A stretch of 64,000 nt of DNA from a virus (Duplodnaviria > Caudoviricetes). The notes beneath the pieces were generated by a model, which did not search any database, was not told the DNA's origin, and saw only the letters and a program-made list of their open reading frames with translations. Shown here piece by piece: positions 60,379-64,000 of the stretch (positions within the stretch are counted from its first letter, which is position 1; the number at the start of each line of letters is the position of its first letter). Both the position numbers and the translations under genes were made by a program. The stretch lies in IMG/VR virus record IMGVR_UViG_3300010429_001449. One strand, 5' to 3'.

Positions 60379-63375
60379 TTAGCCGACTCCTACACCGCGT
60401 TGAGGACGCCTCGGCGCTTCGTAACGCCGCATCAATTCAACAGCCTCGTGCTTGGCAACGGCTTCGGCAATCTTGCGACCGTCGAGCATTACAGGGACCG
60501 TTATCGTTATTGTCGGGGCAGAACCTCCTCGTACAGCTTCTCTAGGCGCACCAGAATCTGCGCCGCTAGACACGGTGAAAGTCATTGCGGGTTGAAACAC
60601 AATGCGCGGGGCAACATCTCTCTTGAAACCATCCTCGGCCCCGCCGCGATTGACAGGAGTGAATGTTGTCCTGCTCTTATCCTCGCGCTCAAACAAACTC
60701 GCAGGAATTACCCACTCCGGTTCTCTTTCGGCGATGATAGCTAAAGTAGGCTTAGTCACCAGCGACGGATCACCGAGCATGGGAATCTGTTTCTGCGTCT
60801 CCGGACCTTCAAACAGAACTAGGTTGGCCATCTGCGGAGACATCTTGGTTGTTGTTCTGGCGATGCGTTTCAGCATCGTCTCAATTTGGCCAAACCCAGC
60901 GGATAGCGCGGTCAGAGACGGTTTTATTTCATCGACGCCTTCTCTGATATGAAGGAAAGACGATCTAGCAAATGGTGCAGCCCCCGCCTTGCTCATCTCT
61001 TCCGTGACTTTCCGTGCTTCACCTTGAACTTCGCGCAGCGCTTCTGCGGAAGTCTTGCCCTGCTTGTACACCATATCGAAGTACTTCTCTTGGAGACCGA
61101 CGGGAAGCTGGCCCAGCTTGTCGAGAAGATGATCGTGTGTAGCAATGAGAAGACGGTCGGACGCCATTATCTGTTCGTTAGTCCGCACCAAACCATCTTT
61201 CAGACGCTCTTGAGCTTCAGCCATTCGTTGCGCTTTGGTTGTGGTTCCAAAAAAAGCTGCTCCGATAGCAATAATACCACCTATGATCAGACCGAGACCG
61301 GGCAGTAGCATAGTCAAGGCTGTGGCTAATGAAACTGTAGCAACGGTAGAGGCTACTGTTGCAACTAGATGAATACCCAGCGCCACAGTTAAACCACCTA
61401 TGACCGCAGAAGCTACTCTTCCCGCCGCGCCCATAGATGACAGATAAAGCCCTAGTACGGCTACTGCTGCGCCTAACATTGTTAGCCGTAAGCTGATCGG
61501 GTCTAGCGACATCCTAAACGCCATTATTACCGGGATAACCGCGAGCACCGCATAGCCAAGACCACTAATGCCTTCGTTGGACAACACCATAAAAGCGGCA
61601 GTTAGAGCGCCCAAAATGGGAGTAGAAGTTCTGAGCGCCACAAACAAGCCAACAACGGCTGGCATTAATATTTCTGCGGCCCGCTTTGTGTCGCCAAGCG
61701 CCGTACCAAGTAAAGCGAAGGCCACCGCAGCAACAGTGACTGTTACACCCACACTGGACATTACTGCCCCACCGCCGGTCAGCGTCGTAAGAAGGAACGT
61801 AACGGCTGAACCTACGGCTGTAATGATTGGCGGAAGAAGAATGAACACTCCGCTCAAAGATGCGGCAGTTAACAAAGACTGCCTTATAGGTTCGGGCAAG
61901 TCCGTTATAGTCTTCGTAAGACCCTTAATCACGTCGGCTACCGCCTTGACGATGGGCGTAAAGGCTTCTCCCAGAACGATATTCAGATTGTCCAACACGC
62001 CCCGAAGTGTAACCAAGCTGTTTCGGAGAGTGTTGTTTTGTCTCTCAACCTCTTTCTGGTGCGCCAGCCACGCGGCTTCTTCGCTGCCCGTTTCTGCTAA
62101 TGTCTTTCTGTAGACATCAAACGTTCTGTTTAGCTCTCTCAGCAGAGGAACGTCTCTTTCTACAGAGAATCCCATCTGCTCGAACAAAAGAACGGCATCA
62201 ATAGCCCCAGGACCGCCCCAATCTATCTTGTCGACTTGTTCGGCGAACATCCTTATGGCATTTTCGGGTTTGGTCCACATAGCACTGTAGAACTCTGCTT
62301 GACCTGCCATAAATGGCATTAACGCTCCAGGCGTCAGATACATCTGTCTTATAAGACGATTCTGTATAGACGCCACTTCTTGGGAGCGGTCGCCCAACAT
62401 AGTAGCTGCGCCAGCAAGGGACAACAGACCTTCTTTAGAGATGCCCGCAAACTCCGCCATGACGGACGTGGCTCGAACGAATTGGCCGAGTTTTTCTACC
62501 GACTGTCCTGTAACTGCTGTTACGTGCTCTATGCTCAACTGGAGTTCATTAAGTTCTCCGGTAGACGCGCCAACATCCGTCAACGAAACAACGATGTCTC
62601 TAAAGCCTTTGGCCGCCCTTGCCGTTCCCTCGCCGGTAAAAATGCCCATGCGGAAAGCCGCATCTGCAAAAGCCGTGAGAGATTCCTGTCCCCGGATACC
62701 CGCAGGTATGAACTCTCGCATAGTGAGCAGCGCAGTTATGGCGTTTTGTTCCGTTCGCAGGAACGTCTCGCCCAACTCACTGCTGCTTATTCCTAATGCG
62801 CCCGTCACATTGCGAAGGCGAAGAACCGTAATCTCATACTCGGAATAGGCCGGAATCAATACGCCTAGAACATAAGCTACGCTCGCGTACTTTTTCGCTA
62901 AGTCTTCGATAAGACCCAGATCGGTAGGTGTAGGAACAACAGGCTTCTTCTGCGGAGTAGGATAAGGGCCGGGCGGCGGACCAGGAGGTGGACCTGTAGG
63001 CGAAACAGACGGGCCGGGAGGAAGCTGCGGAGGCGGTAGTGATCCCGAAGGAACTACAAGCCCCGCAGGTCCGGGCGTCCATCCGGGAGGCGCGGGCGGA
63101 GCCGGAGGAGCCGCTGGCGCGGCGGCGGGACTTGTCGGGGCAATGACTGGAGGACGCGGCGCAGCCGCTGTTGCAGCGAGATTGGAGTACTGAGCGAGTA
63201 ACGACGAGACTTGCGAGGCGTTCGATTCGATAGAGAGGTTAAGCGATCTGAGAGTCTGGCCCAGACCAGCCGCAGCCGTGTTGGACTGCGACAGATTCTG
63301 CACCAGACTCCCGGCATCCTGAGCAACGTCTCGGATGTTGCTTACGACTTCTATCAGGAAGCGTCGCTTAGCCAT
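60379..63375 (-). CDS. Tape measure protein
   Basis: 998 aa, helical Ala-rich with hydrophobic middle, C-terminal PTLAIIAE..PE.VIP and V.LDGRKIA; follows chaperone genes. Confidence 0.88.
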   Translation of the reverse strand: MAKRRFLIEVVSNIRDVAQDAGSLVQNLSQSNTAAAGLGQTLRSLNLSIESNASQVSSLLAQYSNLAATAAAPRPPVIAPTSPAAAPAAPPAPPAPPGWTPGPAGLVVPSGSLPPPQLPPGPSVSPTGPPPGPPPGPYPTPQKKPVVPTPTDLGLIEDLAKKYASVAYVLGVLIPAYSEYEITVLRLRNVTGALGISSSELGETFLRTEQNAITALLTMREFIPAGIRGQESLTAFADAAFRMGIFTGEGTARAAKGFRDIVVSLTDVGASTGELNELQLSIEHVTAVTGQSVEKLGQFVRATSVMAEFAGISKEGLLSLAGAATMLGDRSQEVASIQNRLIRQMYLTPGALMPFMAGQAEFYSAMWTKPENAIRMFAEQVDKIDWGGPGAIDAVLLFEQMGFSVERDVPLLRELNRTFDVYRKTLAETGSEEAAWLAHQKEVERQNNTLRNSLVTLRGVLDNLNIVLGEAFTPIVKAVADVIKGLTKTITDLPEPIRQSLLTAASLSGVFILLPPIITAVGSAVTFLLTTLTGGGAVMSSVGVTVTVAAVAFALLGTALGDTKRAAEILMPAVVGLFVALRTSTPILGALTAAFMVLSNEGISGLGYAVLAVIPVIMAFRMSLDPISLRLTMLGAAVAVLGLYLSSMGAAGRVASAVIGGLTVALGIHLVATVASTVATVSLATALTMLLPGLGLIIGGIIAIGAAFFGTTTKAQRMAEAQERLKDGLVRTNEQIMASDRLLIATHDHLLDKLGQLPVGLQEKYFDMVYKQGKTSAEALREVQGEARKVTEEMSKAGAAPFARSSFLHIREGVDEIKPSLTALSAGFGQIETMLKRIARTTTKMSPQMANLVLFEGPETQKQIPMLGDPSLVTKPTLAIIAEREPEWVIPASLFEREDKSRTTFTPVNRGGAEDGFKRDVAPRIVFQPAMTFTVSSGADSGAPREAVRGGSAPTITITVPVMLDGRKIAEAVAKHEAVELMRRYEAPRRPQRGVGVG

Positions 63376-63379
63376 TGCC

Positions 63380-63610
63380 CTATCCCAACGGGGTTGATTG
63401 CTGTCCCTTGTATGCGTCGTTCACCGCGTCGGCGTACTCTTCGCATTTCTCGTACCACCAAGCCCGCTCATCATCTGGCATCAGCATTATCTCCGTGTAG
63501 GAGAAATGCAGCACCTGAGCGATAAGGAAGGCTTGGTAGTTGACTTCGTCTACGCTTAGCTGGGCTTCTCTTGCCGCTTCCTCCTCGTTACCTCCGGATC
63601 GAAGAAAAAA
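63380..63610 (-). CDS. Tail assembly chaperone C-terminal (-1 frameshift) extension
   Basis: LH.SY.EI..MP..ER.WW pattern in the -1 frame after the T TTT TTC slippery site. Confidence 0.75.
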   Translation of the reverse strand, partial: FFLRSGGNEEEAAREAQLSVDEVNYQAFLIAQVLHFSYTEIMLMPDDERAWWYEKCEEYADAVNDAYKGQQSTPLG

Positions 63611-64000
63611 TCCGCGCTCTGGAAAACCATCTGGTTTTCCGCGCCGCAATTGGGACAGCGAACCGGTTCGCTGAAATCGGGTCCGGGTTGGTGCGAGTAG
63701 AACTCGCTCTGGATGAAATCAAGAGCGGGCAGCGGCAGGTTCTCAAAGAGATTGGCTTCAACCTCCATCTGAGAAGCGCCGTTGAAAGAGATCAAACAAC
63801 GCCCAAGCAGCGTGTAAACGCTGGCCACGGGGTTGGCCCGCATGGATTTGGCGATTACGGCTTGATCCGCGCCCGTGGGGAAACGAAACACGGCTTCGAC
63901 ACCGTATTCCTCCGACTGAACCTTAAACACGCGCTGAGGCCGTCCTTGACCGTCCTGAACGACTTCAACATCCTTGGGCATCGGGTAGACCGGCACGTCG
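63556..64000 (-). CDS. Tail assembly chaperone (5' part outside window)
   Basis: FRFPTGADQ..LL.RC..L...D.....PG.D....CPNCG....DFF, upstream of tape measure. Confidence 0.8.
   Translation of the reverse strand, partial: DVPVYPMPKDVEVVQDGQGRPQRVFKVQSEEYGVEAVFRFPTGADQAVIAKSMRANPVASVYTLLGRCLISFNGASQMEVEANLFENLPLPALDFIQSEFYSHQPGPDFSEPVRCPNCGAENQMVFQSADFFFDPEVTRRKRQEKPS

Noticed and set aside
7316-64000. Long plus-strand ORFs in the track (for example 24703..25695, 26265..27302, 43440..44558, 52240..53346)
   Set aside because: Antisense shadows of well-supported minus-strand genes in GC-rich DNA, with no recognisable motifs.
37039-64000. Stand-alone bacterial eCIS or tailocin locus
   Set aside because: It is contiguous and co-oriented with phage replication genes, a tRNA array and early cassettes, and has a long tape measure with a frameshifted chaperone.

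Overview
The window is a 64-kb segment of a large, GC-rich, contractile-tailed (myovirus-like) dsDNA bacteriophage, read with the standard genetic code and almost entirely on the minus strand. From right to left it holds five modules. (1) An eCIS-like tail/baseplate module (about 37-64 kb): tail chaperone with a -1 frameshift, tape measure, two tube initiators, LysM/gpX, gpD hub, gp5/VgrG spike, gp25, baseplate J, gpI, DUF6519-like and fibre proteins. (2) A probable lysis cassette in which a caspase-family (C14) protease, not a recognisable endolysin, sits beside a holin-like gene and a lipoprotein (35.2-37.0 kb). (3) A replication/recombination module (17-35 kb): UDG, an initiator with internal iterons, DnaC-like loader, DnaB, primase, SSB, family A polymerase, SF2 helicase, RecA, Cas4-like and resolvase-like nucleases. 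(4) A tRNA array (13.0-16.2 kb) with 8 assignable tRNAs, several with compensatory changes in the elbow contacts, one tRNA with an 8-nt anticodon loop, and five larger tRNA-like RNAs that I cannot assign to a known family. (5) An accessory region (0-13 kb) of small genes, most preceded by a copy of a roughly 60-bp element (TTGACA-N16-TATAAT promoter inside a palindrome, then a CCTTTTGTGGAG leader/RBS), plus an RNA ligase and nrdD with a redoxin. No capsid, terminase, integrase or CRISPR array is visible. All protein calls come from motif recognition by eye; no searches were run.
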